A stretch of DNA of 64,000 nucleotides from Octopus vulgaris (Eukaryota): positions 107,012,001 through 107,076,000 of the forward strand of contig OX597823.1 of NCBI GenBank assembly GCA_951406725.2. The letters run 5' to 3'. Below the pieces are notes generated by a model, which was given only the letters and a program-made list of their open reading frames with translations, made no database searches and was not told the DNA's origin. A program made the position numbers and the translations under genes. Positions within the stretch are counted from its first letter, which is position 1, and each line of letters starts with the position of its first letter. Below are positions 12,997 to 28,660 of this stretch, one piece after another.

Positions 12997-13210
12997 TAAC
13001 CTTTTAATGTTCAAATTGTAATGCTTCTTCATTTACATTGTTTTGAATTAATCATGCATTATGATGTAGCTTCGAGATTTCGATGATGGTATTGCTTATT
13101 TTTAGAATGACATTGCAGAGTAGGTGTGAGAGATCGGATCTGGCCGATTTGAACATAAATCGTGCACAATATTTAGTCTGGATGTGGTTAGATAAATGGC
13201 TAAAGGGTTC
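12997..13210. mobile_element. Degraded MITE with piggyBac-like ends
   Basis: Termini TAACCTTTTA ... CTAAAGGGTT are imperfect TIRs. Confidence 0.45.
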
Positions 13211-13469
13211 AAAATCTACCGTTGATTCGTGTTGATGTTGCTGCTTCTATTGTTAATGCAGGTGATTGTAAAGCTGCAGACACTGCAGGCTTGATGTTCA
13301 TCATGAAGTTTGTAGTCTTGGATGAAGCAGGAAATATTCAACTCTATAGTAAAATTTTAGACGAATACTTGATTATACAGATTATTAGCTCGCTGCACCA
13401 TATGTAGTACACATGGTGCCTTTAGCCAGGGTGTAAGGCAACCAGGAAAAGAAAAGACTAAGACTAGGT

Positions 13470-14070
13470 TAAGAAGGAGAAGGAGAAGAAGAAGAAGAAG
13501 AAGATGTAGTAGTAGTAGTAGTAGTAGAGGAAGTACGGAAGAATATGGAAGGCCGGACAAGAGAAAGGAAAGAATTATAAGGGTGAAAGAACAGAAAGAG
13601 AATCAATGGGAAAGAGAATCAATGGGGCGGGGGGATCTAGAGAGAGAGAGAGAAAAATCGAGAGAGAGAGAGAGGAAAAAGTAGAGGGAGAAGGAGAGAA
13701 AAAGGATGAGGAAAAGCGTGAGAGGGGAAATAAATATGGCTGCAGAAAAAGTGAGAGAGTAGAGTTCTTTTAAAAAAGTACGGACAGAGAATATGAGAAA
13801 TAAAGAGAAGAGGATGAAAAAGAATGTAAGTGAAACAGTGAGGGAGGGATGAAGAGGAAGAGTCTGTGTGTGTATGACGGAGAAGGAATTAGAGTGAGTG
13901 AGGGAAAGAGAGAGAGAGAGAGGTTTAGGATATAGTGCAGGAGGGTGATATAGAAATTAGAGAGGAGTGTTAGTGAGATATTAGAAAGGAAGAGAGATAG
14001 AGAGAATGGTAGCATGCGTTTGTTTATGTATTTGTATGTACGTATATGTATGTATGTGTGAGTGTGTGTA

Positions 14071-14128
<58 letters not shown>

Positions 14129-14728
14129 CTTGAAGGCTCTACTAGAAAAGAGCGAGCGAAAAGAGTGAAAGGAATAAAAGTGAGGAAATGGATGAGAGAA
14201 CCACTGAAAGGAAGAGAAAACCCCGAGACAGAAAATGATTGGAGAAAAGGAGAGATGAGTGAATGGAAGAGCGCGAGAGGGAAAAAGAGGAGAGAAGTAA
14301 ACACAAGGTGAGAAAGGAGAAAAACCAAAGGGGGGACAGACCAAAAAGAGAGAGAGAGAGAGAAGACGTTGAGAATAGGAACAGCAGAGTGAGTGTGCGA
14401 TAGACAGTGGTGTGATGAGGGGTGAAAGATGATAAAAGGACTAATTATACAGGAAGGGTTAGTGAGGAACAGAGAGAGAGAGAGAGAGAGAAATAGGTGA
14501 GCTGGGGAAGTGAGGGGCAGGGAAACTGGGAGGTGCGTGTGATAGAGTTAGGGAAGTGCTGTTGCCTAATTAAAGACGTTAATTCATTAAGAAGAAACAA
14601 ACACTAATCAACTGTGTACCTCTGTGAACATCAAATCATCATCTACCTCACTTCTTCTTCTTCTTCTTCTTCTTCTCATTATTCTTCTTCTTCTTCTTCT
14701 GCTTCTTCTTCTACTTCTTCTTTTTCGT

Positions 14729-14785
<57 letters not shown>

Positions 14786-14830
14786 GTATTACTACTACTA
14801 CCACCACCACCACCGCTGCTGCTGCTGCTG

Positions 14831-14897
<67 letters not shown>

Positions 14898-15010
14898 GTT
14901 TATTCTTTTTTCTTCTTTCGTCCTAGTCCCCTTCCTAATTTCTCTTTCTGTGTTGAAGTTTTCCCTTGTCCTTCCTTCCTTCCTTCCTTCCTTCCTTTCT
15001 TTCTCTCTAA
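13470..15010. repeat. Purine-rich (GA) low-complexity region followed by (TTC)n/(CTA)n tracts
   Basis: Composition and direct runs. Confidence 0.85.
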
Positions 15011-15149
15011 AGTAAACAACTGTTTATCACGTGTCTACAGAAAAGAGATGGCAATGCATACAGATCAGCATACACAGGCGCGCGCATACACAGGCGCGCG
15101 CAGTCATAAGCACCGACATGCAGGGGGAAAACACGTAATCAGATTATAA

Positions 15150-18240
<3,091 letters not shown>

Positions 18241-19112
18241 TTATACATTTTATCGTTTCTCACATGACTAACTTATTGCAAATATTTTATACCTCAACAT
18301 ATTTCATTACACATCGATACATTAAAACGTATTAAGTCATTTGATAGTCAATTATATGATATTTAATCTTTCACAAATTTTATCTAACAAGCATCATGAA
18401 GAATCGTTAAAAAATATAATCGTCCATCTTCAATATATAATTTATTGATTTTTATTTATTTTATTCATTTGGAGTAGGCACATCATTTACTTCTGAAATG
18501 TACTGGGCTTTAATCAAATATAGACGGATTTAGTGAAATTAATTGACTCACTATATATATATATATAACAGGTATTTATTTCATGGCTCCTGTTATGATT
18601 AAGATAAAACAAGTTGCAGCGGGATTTGAACGCAGAACATAGACATTAAACATAGATGTATTCAGCCCAGCGTAATATAATATTTGTAAGATTGTTTACA
18701 TAATTTTAAATAAGGTTGTTGTGTGAGGTCGGGACAATGTAAGTAGGTAGAGTAAACTTCAAAAGGAAAAGAAAAGAAAACAAAGTTTCAGTTTTGCCTT
18801 ATATTTCTATATTTTGGGGTGAAAACCCCTTCGTCAGGACATTTGACAGTTGGGAAAAAATATTTTAGTATTCATAGTTGCAGAGCCGTCTTAAGGTATG
18901 AACACACTGATTAGCTCTCCTGGATTGCCACTTGTCGGGGAGGGGGGGATGTTTTAATTGTTTACGTGTTGACTCCCCCACCCAGTGTAGTGCTTTGTTC
19001 AAGTTGTGGGTGGGGTTATATTGTTCTTAAGGAAGTCCTACATACGTGATTTATCAACGGGAAACCAGTATCGCCGTCTGAGCCGCACGGTGTTTGGGAT
19101 GTAATTTTATAT

Positions 19113-19303
19113 TTTATCTCTTATTTGTTTCAGTCATTGGACTGCGGACATGGGAGAAATTGATCTCAGTACATGTTTTTTTCTTTTTTTTTTTTTTTTT
19201 TTTGGAAGTACGGTACTTATTTTGTCGTTTTCTTTTGCCGAACCGCTAAGTTACAGGTTGGACAAACACCAGTGAACTAGACAAACATAAACATATATAT
19301 GAA

Positions 19304-19386
<83 letters not shown>

Positions 19387-19387
19387 A

Positions 19388-19444
<57 letters not shown>

Positions 19445-19657
19445 AGGCGCAATGGCCCAGTGGTTAGGGCAGCGGACTTCGGTCGGAGGATCGCGGTTTC
19501 GATTCCAGGACCGGGCGTTGTGTGTGTTTATTGAGCGAAAACACCTAAAAGCTCCACGAGGCTCCGGCAGGGGATGGTGGTGATCCCTGCTGTACTCTTT
19601 CACCACTCTAAAGGCGGTGCTCCAGCATGGCCGCAGTCAAATGACTGAAACAAGTAC

Positions 19658-19689
<32 letters not shown>

Positions 19690-19975
19690 AACCTATATAT
19701 AAACCTATATATATGTGTATGTATGTATATGTATGTATGTGTATTCATATATATATATACATATACATACATACATACCTTCATACACCCAAACATTCAT
19801 ACATACATACATACATACATACATACATACATACAACATACATACATATATACATACATACATATGTATATGCTACGACAAACTTCCATAAATTTATTCG
19901 CAAGGCATTGGTCGGCTCAGAGCTATATCAGAAGACACTTGATCAAGGTGTCGTGCAGTGGAACTGAATACGAAG
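19113..19975 (-). mobile_element. SINE family A split at its central microsatellite (3' part 19113-19290, 5' part 19874-19975)
   Basis: Both halves match the reverse complement of 46038-46510 in the correct order. Confidence 0.7.
19443..19660 (+). mobile_element. SINE family D 5' half fused to a family A 3' tail
   Basis: GGAGGCGCAATGGCCCAGTGGTTAGGGCAGCGGAC head and GTTTCGATTCC B-box; CTAAAGGCGGTGCTCCAGCATGGCCGCAG tail from 19608, then poly-A. Confidence 0.85.
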
Positions 19976-21059
19976 GCAGGTAGTTTTCAAGCGATATTCT
20001 TCCTCAAATTCCAGTAGTCCTCAAATTTAACTTTCACTGGCGCAGTATAACTAATACAAGACGAATACAGCGTACGTAGTTGATTTAGCACTCAGTACCA
20101 TGTTACATTGACGTACTGAGTCACAGCAAAGTATTTTACTCAGAGTTCTGTCATAACAGTTACTGCTGCAGAGGTTGTAAGCAGTGGATAATGAAGAGTG
20201 CTTCTTTAGGTTGAAGAGTTAGCTTCATATATTCTCATGAATATAACAACTCGACTCATTTCAATTAGAGCTCCTCCGTGTTGATGAAGATAGGATTGGG
20301 GAAAAGAGACCACGCATTAAATCTTGTATGTAGTCTTGTATTTATTATTAAAAGGAATGGCATAGGCGTGTGTCTAATGTTCTCGATCACTGTTCAAAAC
20401 ACATCAGGGGTAATCTGGTTTCAAGAGCAACAGCAACAACATCTGCAAGACTGTTGTGTCTCTGAACCAGTAAACAGTGTTCCCTATTTCCGAAATCTTT
20501 TCGATGACCTTTCTCTTATTTTGTTTTCATAATATCTAAACCCCAGTTATTCTTCTCTAATATTACAGTCCCCTACAAGTTTCTCCCTGTTTACATATTT
20601 AAATGCACACACCGACCTTGCTTGCATGAAATACCTTTATGCTGTATACATTTACATACAGGTATTCCTATGCGTAGCTAGATACATGCATGTGAAAGGG
20701 ATTATCATTTACATATCAGTTTCCTCATCATCCATTAATTCTACTTTTATTCTCGAGTTTATCACTGCTACAATGGTTTCTACTCCTTTGCAATTATAAT
20801 CTATAACATTGCGTGAGTAGTTAAAGCATTTGTTTAAAACTAGAGAACTTTTGAATAAATATATCGATGTGTAGGGCGTGTATGTGTACGTGCGATTGTA
20901 TTGTCAGTGAGAGTATGTGTGTGTGTGCATGTATATATGTGTGTGTTGTGTGCGCGCGCGTGTATGCATATGTGTGAATGTATATGGAAATATTTAGTGT
21001 ATATAAGAACAAAATTATTTCAATAACCAAAAATATATAAACACAGAAATAAACATACA

Positions 21060-21143
<84 letters not shown>

Positions 21144-21454
21144 CAGACACATTGATATAGAAGCATGTATGTATCTACATCATACTGAGTATAGCAGCAG
21201 TGTATTATATGTGTGTTTGTAAGTATGCATATATTATGTATATATGTATCTTTGTAGGAATTTATGGATGTATGTATGCATATGTGCAAATATTCGAAGA
21301 AATAACAAACATTACGATCAAAACACATCATTATCAAAGCCAGTAAAAATTATTAAAATGTTACGTTTGGCCCTTATTTAATATTTGAAACTGAAACACG
21401 GGCATTAACAAAAATATTACCAAATTGATTACAAGTTTTAAGACCAAGACTCAT

Positions 21455-21665
21455 TAGAGGAGTCTGAAGATTTCACAGAGAGAACACAAACGCTATAAGT
21501 ACTTAAGAATGGGAAAACAAAAAACTAAAAATTTAGGCCCCATCAATGATAGAAAACTAACTTATTTTCCGTATTAAAAGAAGGATTACAGAGACTGATA
21601 GTAGGAGACAAAGTTAAAGGCGAAAGAGGAAGGGAAATGGTAAGTATTACAAGATTTGGATAGAC
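21455..21665 (+). mobile_element. Degraded RTE-clade LINE 3' coding fragment
   Basis: LKISQRE...INDRKLTYF...EGLQRLIVGDKVKGERGR resembles the RTE C-terminus. Confidence 0.55.
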
Positions 21666-21674
21666 TTAAAATGT

Positions 21675-22070
21675 TTGTGTAGCTGTGTGGTAAGAAGCTT
21701 ACTTTTCAACCACATGGTTGTGGATTCAGCCCCACTGCGTGGCACCTTGGGCAAGTGTCTTCTACTGTAGCCTCGGGACGACCAAAGTCTTCTGTGTGGA
21801 TTTGGTAGACGAAAGTTGAAACAAACACGTCATGTGTGTGTGTGTGTGTGTGTATATGAGAGTGTATATGAGAGTGTGCCTGTTGCTTCACAACCAGTGT
21901 TGGTGTGTTTACGTCCATGAGACTTAGCGGTTTGACAAAAAAAACTGAAAGAATAAGTACCATGTTTTTCAAAGAAAAAGATATACTGGGCGTCGATTCG
22001 TTCGACTAAAATTCTTCAAGGCAGTGCCCCAGTATGGCCGCAGTCTAATGACAGAAACAAGTAAAAGATG
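21675..22070 (+). mobile_element. SINE family A, near full length
   Basis: CACTGCGTGGCACCTTGGGCAAGTGTCTTC core, (TG)n middle, GGCCGCAGTCTAATGACAGAAACAAG tail. Confidence 0.88.
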
Positions 22071-22368
22071 AAGCCCAAAAGATAGATCTTGAAGAAAAGG
22101 AAGGAGCATATGACAATGTAGACCTGCGTAATCGTCCAGAAAGACAGACTGGTCACAGTTGGATTGCTTGGGATCATTGGGAAAGAATATGGTTTAAAAT
22201 GGTAACAATAACAGAATGGGTTATATATGTCTCAATAAGAATGGTGATGGTGGTAGTGGTGGTGGAGTGAAGAAGGAAGTAAGAGGGGTGTGGGTCTACA
22301 TGCTTGTTACTCTACAAAAACATATTTATTGAAATAAGCTTGTTACAATGAGATGGAGTTCTCACGTT

Positions 22369-22890
22369 GGAGAGCTGGTAGGAATGGTAGCGCATTAAGG
22401 CGAAATGCTTAGCGGTATTTCGTCTGCTGTTACGTTCTGGGTTCAAATTACGCCGAGGTTGACTTTGCCTTTCATCCTTTCGGGGTCGATAAATTGAGTA
22501 CCCGTTACGCACTGGGGTCGATATAATCGACTTAATACCTATGTCTGTCCTTGTTTGTCCCCTCTATGTTTAGCCCCTTGTGGGTAATAATGAAATAGGT
22601 ATTTCGTCTGCTGTTACGTTCTGGGTTCAAATTACGCCGAGGTTGACTTTGCCTTTCATCTTTTCGGGGTCGATAAATTGAGTACTTGTTACGCACTGGG
22701 GTCGATATAATCGACTTAATACCTTTGTCTGTCTTTGTTCGTCCCCTCTGTGTGTAGCTCCTTGTGATCAATAAAGAAATAGGAATGGTAGCGCATCAGA
22801 CAAAATTCCTTGTGACGTTTCATCGAATTCTTTATGCTCTGAGTTCAAATCCACACGAGGTCACCTATGCTTTCCATCTTTTCGGGTTAG
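22369..22890 (+). mobile_element. SINE family B dimer (22396-22780) nested in an older family B copy, 16-bp TSD
   Basis: 184-bp units start at 22414 and 22598; TSD AGGAATGGTAGCGCAT at 22380-22395 and 22781-22796. Confidence 0.88.
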
Positions 22891-23370
22891 ACCACCCAAC
22901 TCAAATTACTGAGTTTCTCTCAAAATTAGAAAATTGTTACTCGGACTTCGTAAAATAGTTTCAGTAATACTACATTGTAATTCATGATTTTACTAGGACT
23001 TCTAAAAGACAATAGCAGATTGATCAGTTCTTATATCTCGAATTTTTTCGTTTTACATATCGATTATTTTCACATTGGTAGAAGTGAGAAATGTTGGAGA
23101 GAAGTGTGAGGAGCATCGAATCGTCTCCAGATTATGTATATAGCTGATTTTATCGAACTCGCAGAGATGAAAATTAAATCAATTGATATTTAAACGCTTG
23201 AAATATAAAAATGTCTAATTTTTTTTCCAATTTTATACTTTCTCGGCCACTTCCATAGAGAAACATCAAAGCCAACAAAGACCTCCCTACGTTATTCGAC
23301 GTCATCCGATCTCCTGGAAATGGCAACGTTATCCCCCAAACATCATTCTCTACCATAGGGCATGTCGAAT

Positions 23371-23430
<60 letters not shown>

Positions 23431-23432
<2 letters not shown>

Positions 23433-23740
23433 CACCGTGACCGTAACCGACCAGGCTATCAGATGTTGTTGCACATCGCTGGTCACAATGCGCTTCGCAT
23501 TGATTTTGCCTTCAAATGACACCACCCCGCTGGCTAAGTGAGCAGGGCAACATAAGAAAGAGTGAGAGAAAGTTGCGGCGAAAGAGTAGAGCAGGGATCG
23601 CCACCACCTCTTGCAGGAGCCTCGTGGTGCTTTAGGTGTTTTCGCTCAATAAACACTCACAAAGCCCGGTCTGGGAATCGAAACCGCGATTCTACGATCG
23701 CGAGTCCGCTGCCCTAACCACTGGGCCATTGCGCCTCCAC
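23431..23740 (-). mobile_element. SINE family D, full length, inserted in (GTA)n
   Basis: tRNA-like head matches 19443; flanked by (TAG)n. Confidence 0.9.
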
Positions 23741-23750
23741 GTAGTAGTAG

Positions 23751-23862
23751 TACAAAGAATAAGTCCTGGGGTCGATTTGCTCGACTAAAGGCGGTGCTCC
23801 AGCCTGGCCGCAGTCAAATGACTGAAACAAGGAAAAGAGAAAAAGAGTAAAAGAGTAAAAGT
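23751..23862 (+). mobile_element. SINE family A 3' tail
   Basis: AAGTCCTGGGGTCGATTTGCTCGACTAAAGGCGGTGCTCC...GAAACAAG, with (GAGTAAAA)n tail. Confidence 0.85.
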
Positions 23863-25664
23863 ATGAATGTATGTATCTCTGTCCGTTTATATATGTGCAT
23901 ATGTACGTTAGTGTGTGTTTTTATATGTACGTATGCGTATGCGTATGTGTCTGTCCGTACAGCTGTATGCGTGTTTGTTTGTGTGTGTGTATCTGTGAGT
24001 GTGTGTGCATGCATGTTCATACGTATCAGTATGTGTATGTGCGTGAGTAAAGGTAAGCTACATGACTCAGTCGGTTTGTTGCCAAAAATACTAAACACAA
24101 TTAAAAATAGGCAACGCTAGGGTGTAATGGTGAGAGAGGGAGGTGTTTGAAATATAACAAGAGAGCAGTAAAATATTGTAAGGGAACAACACTAAGTTGT
24201 ATATCAAGAAAAGAGTAAAATATTTGCTTTACTATTCAGGGTCAAACTCAGTCTCCTTTCAATCCTGGGAATTCCATTCTTCTCGGTAAAAACAAGAAAA
24301 TATATTTTTCTGTTCTTTTTATCTGAAATATATTTTAGGGGTTTCAACTTGACTGAATTGTTTGTTTGACCCAAACAGAAATTGACGTGGGAATTTCAAT
24401 TGAAACTCAGAAATATTTCTTTTATTCAAGAATGTGGAGTTTTCTGAAAGGAAGTTCTGCTAACAGCGACTATAAGACACACTCACGCACGCACGTGCTC
24501 TCATTCTCCTCCCCCGCTTCTCTCTCTCTCTCTCTAGCTCTTTCTTCTTCCCTCTTTCCCTCTTCCTCCCTCTATCCCTCTCCCTCTCTCTCTTTCTCTC
24601 TCACATACACACTGATGATAGAGAGAGTGAGAAAGAGAGAAAGAGTTAGAAAGAGAGGGATAGTGGGAAAGAGAGAGAGAGAGTGCGAAAGGGAAAGAGT
24701 GAGAAAGAGAAAGAGTGAGAGCTATCTGTTTCTATCAATGTGTGTGTGTGAGAGAGAGGTGGGGAAAGAAATGGAGAGAGTGATACATACGTAATGTACA
24801 GAGCTTTTGATAGACAAGCAGATAGACTAATCAAGATCCAAGTAAATATATATTGACAGCTTAGCTGGGAGACACTTCGAAGTCACTATCAATAACATTC
24901 TTGTATAAGAATAAAAAGTTTGTACTTTACAAAAGTATAGAGTAACCCATCAGATTAAGATAACATTTCTATTAAAACCGAAAACAGAAAACAAACATTA
25001 ATACACACAAACACGCAAATAAATCAAATATGTACGTATACACACACACACATCTGCACGCATTCATACATGTATGTAGGTTGCTAGATACACACGTACA
25101 TACACATAAACATTCATACACACACACACACGTTGTCACTAATACATACATATAAACAAATAAAATCCGAACAGAAGTGAATGTTTAAAACGACAGTAAA
25201 CAATAGTAATGAGAAATGTAGAGGCGTAAAAACAAAAGCCAAAACCAGCAATTTGACAATTAGTCAAATACACATAATGCTATACAGACGACAGCAATAT
25301 GTCGTCTTCCTGTTGTCTTTTCACCAACACGGAATCGACTTGTTTGTTAGTTTGTTTCTTTCTTTCTTTGTATGTGCTCCTTTCTTTTCGTCTACTTATT
25401 TATTTAACCAACCCATTTAACCGGTCTTCTAGGCTATTAACATTGCAGCAGGTTAACGATATATTGAATGTGTGTGTGTGTGTGTGTGTGCGTGTATGTG
25501 TGTATGTATGTGCATGAGTGTGTGTGTCTACGTATGCGCACACATATGCATAGATATACAGTCATGCATAGAAAAATATATAGATAGATATCACCAAATG
25601 TAGTCTTTCTCACACTGTAGTGCAAACACAGTGAAAGTGTGGATCGTAAGATGTATGTATGTAT

Positions 25665-25742
<78 letters not shown>

Positions 25743-25814
25743 GTATGTATGTATGTATATATATATATGTGTGTGCGTATATATATGTATATATAAGTAT
25801 ATATATATATTTGT

Positions 25815-25832
25815 GAAGGCGCATGGCTCAGT

Positions 25833-25889
<57 letters not shown>

Positions 25890-26250
25890 TATGTATTGCT
25901 TTGTTTTTATTTGATCTGGTCCCGGACTGGATAGCACCTTGAGCAAGAGTCTCCTACTATAGCTTCGGGTGGGCCAAAGCCTTGTTAGTGGATTTGGTAG
26001 ATGGAAACTGAAAGAAGCCAGTCATGTGTGTATATATGTAGATGTGTGGTCTTTGTGTCTGTTTGTCCACCACTACCACTTGACCACCGATGTTGGTGTG
26101 TTTACGCCCGCGTAACTTAGCGGTTCGGGAAAAGAAACCGATTGAATACTTACCAAGCTTAAAAAAGTAATTATCAAGATCGATTCACTCGAATTCTTCA
26201 AGGCGGTGCTCCAGAATGGTCGCAGCCTAATGACTGAAACAAAGAAAAGA
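25815..26250 (+). mobile_element. SINE family A body preceded by a family C-type head broken by (TA)n
   Basis: GAAGGCGCATGGCTCAGTGGT, then (TA)n, then family A core and tail. Confidence 0.75.
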
Positions 26251-26293
<43 letters not shown>

Positions 26294-26339
26294 TATATAC
26301 ATACGTATATGTACATACTTACATATTTACGTATACACA

Positions 26340-27202
26340 TATGTATACGTGGGCGCAGGACATCACGAAACGTAAACAACAAAAAATATGTAAATATGGA
26401 CTACGAAATACGAATACATGGAATATGAACTTTTGCGAATAATGAAGGAAACAAATGGAAAGACACGCAACATAAAGAACGGCCCTTCATCAGTTGTCGG
26501 CTGTTTTTCTTATTCGTATTTCGAGCATTTCACGTCAAGATACGCATTCGATAAAGCAGTTGCTCCCGCATAGCAAATTAAATAAAATTTGGGATTTTGC
26601 GGAGAGCCAAAATTGGTAACAAAAACAGGACAGTGAAAACAAACAGGAAGGGCTGCTGAGCCTAAACGAGGTGAGGTAGCGAACACGAAGGAACAAGCTT
26701 GGACAAGAGACAGACAAGAATACATCTGATTCGTACAGGAGGAAAAAAAAACTCAAGTTAAAGAAAGTAAGAAAGAAGGCCGATGAGCATGTGGTATCCA
26801 CGTGAGAGCAAAGGAGGAAGAGCGCGGGAGAGAAAGTGAGAGACAGAGAAGGGCGAAGCGAAGAGAAAAAAGTGAGTGGGAGAAGGGGACATAAAAAGAA
26901 TTAGTGAGAAGATAGAAAACGAAAGAGTGTTAGAATAATAGAATAGAATAGAAAGTGTCACATCAGAATTATTAAGATAAAAATTACTTGGAAATGGATG
27001 CGTGGCGTTCAATCATATAATAATATAAACAATATATATATATGCATATATAATAATATAAACAATAAACGTATATACTTATGCATATATGGGCACATGA
27101 CATCACAGAACATAAACAACAAAATTTACGAAAATATGGAATACGAAATACGAATACATGGAACATGAACTTTTTTTACGAACAAAGGAGGAAACAAATG
27201 GG

Positions 27203-27205
<3 letters not shown>
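26340..27205 (-). mobile_element. Penelope-like remnant with about 115-bp direct terminal repeats (pLTR-like)
   Basis: 26348-26460 and 27088-27203 are diverged direct repeats; CTGATGAAGGG on the minus strand near 26483-26493; sits in (TA)n. Confidence 0.55.
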
Positions 27206-27245
<40 letters not shown>

Positions 27246-27769
27246 ATATATAAATAGTGTACATTTAAAACATTTTATATTGAATAATATGTAGTCTATT
27301 GACTATTTATGCATGCTAGGTCACTGGTAATAAATTTGTAAAAATTTAATATCTCATGTATATATATATATATATTATAGATAAAAGGAGAAGATGGAGT
27401 ATAACAAAAAGCATTTAATAACAAAATTGTTTCGGCTTCAAGTTTCACTGCGCCCTAGTGGTCGTGGAACGATGCAATAACACCAGGCGCAACGCTGAGG
27501 ACGCCTGATAGCCATAAGTAGTGAACGTGCTCCGCAGACACACTAGCTAGGACTTACCTGAAACAAGGTTTTGATACTGCATTTAACACCTACTTTCTAT
27601 ACCTTAACTCTTTAACTTTAAATTTGACTTACTATACATATACAAATATACAAATATATATATATATATATATATATACATACATATATACATACATATA
27701 TATATATATATGTATATATGTATATAATGTATGCATGTATGAATGTATATGTATCATTTAATGTGTAGA

Positions 27770-28660
27770 GAATAAAGATACGAGCTACTTAAGTCTCTTG
27801 CATTGGATACACGTGTCTAAACATGATTATATAACACGCATTGTGTCTCAAAGCAATCTACAGGCCCTGAGCACATCATGTACTTTACAGGAAAATCAGG
27901 ACGCTAGTATATGAGAAATCACGAGAGAAAGACAAGAAGGTTGCTGCAAAAAGGGAAGGGTAAGTTAAAACGGAAATAAGAAAAGAAAAGAAAAAAAATA
28001 GATTCGCGTCCTCTTTGATCGTAACAGCCATAATTAAACAAATTGTTGCAAAATAATTCAACGGAGAAGGGTCCAAAGCCTACGAGACAGCAGTTTAATC
28101 TGGAGAGAGTGGTCTGCCAGTTCGCCAAGAGAAATTTGTCCATACACTTACAATTACTGAAAACGTCGGATCTGGAATTAAGTAGTGCAGTGAAATTCTT
28201 AGATTTAAAAGTATGTGCGATCTTTCAGCTATGCATAAGTTGCATTTCTTAGACCCATTTACATATAGTATGGATGTCTACCATTCTCCACTTGACTGTG
28301 CTGTGCATTTGGGCTTCAAACACTATACGTTGCTACCCAGCCAAATGGCTTTACTTGTGTCGATGTGCCAAAAATATGATAGGTGGTTTGCATAACGTCT
28401 TTTGAAATTACCTTCGCATAAGCCGATGTAATTTTCGTTTCAGCCATCTTGCAGCGTTGCTGTGACTTCTGTCTCATAAACGACGCAGTTAGTCATACAC
28501 GCTTTGTCAAGTGGGAAAGCTTCGGGGTCTCGACAGGTAGAAATGGGAGTGTGCTTTTGCTTACGAGTGATAATTATCTTTATACTGGGGCAACAGCTAT
28601 ATGATATTTTAATCGAGCATCGTTTGAAAATCTTCCTGTATTTGCCAGTAAACCGTAAAT
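27770..28660 (-). mobile_element. Penelope-like element 3' fragment: degraded GIY-YIG endonuclease (about 28115-28660) plus downstream non-coding part
   Basis: KIFKRCSIKISYSCCP..CRDPEAFPLDKACMTNCVVYETEV..NYIGLCEGNFKRRYANH..CNLC..NSRSDVFSNCKCMDKFLL, with stops and frameshifts. Confidence 0.85.

Noticed and set aside
20090-20121. ACTCAGTAC/GTACTGAGT hairpin as a miRNA precursor
   Set aside because: The 9-bp stem is too short for a pre-miRNA
22414-22780. CRISPR-like or satellite array
   Set aside because: These are tandem SINE units without unique spacers, in a eukaryotic context
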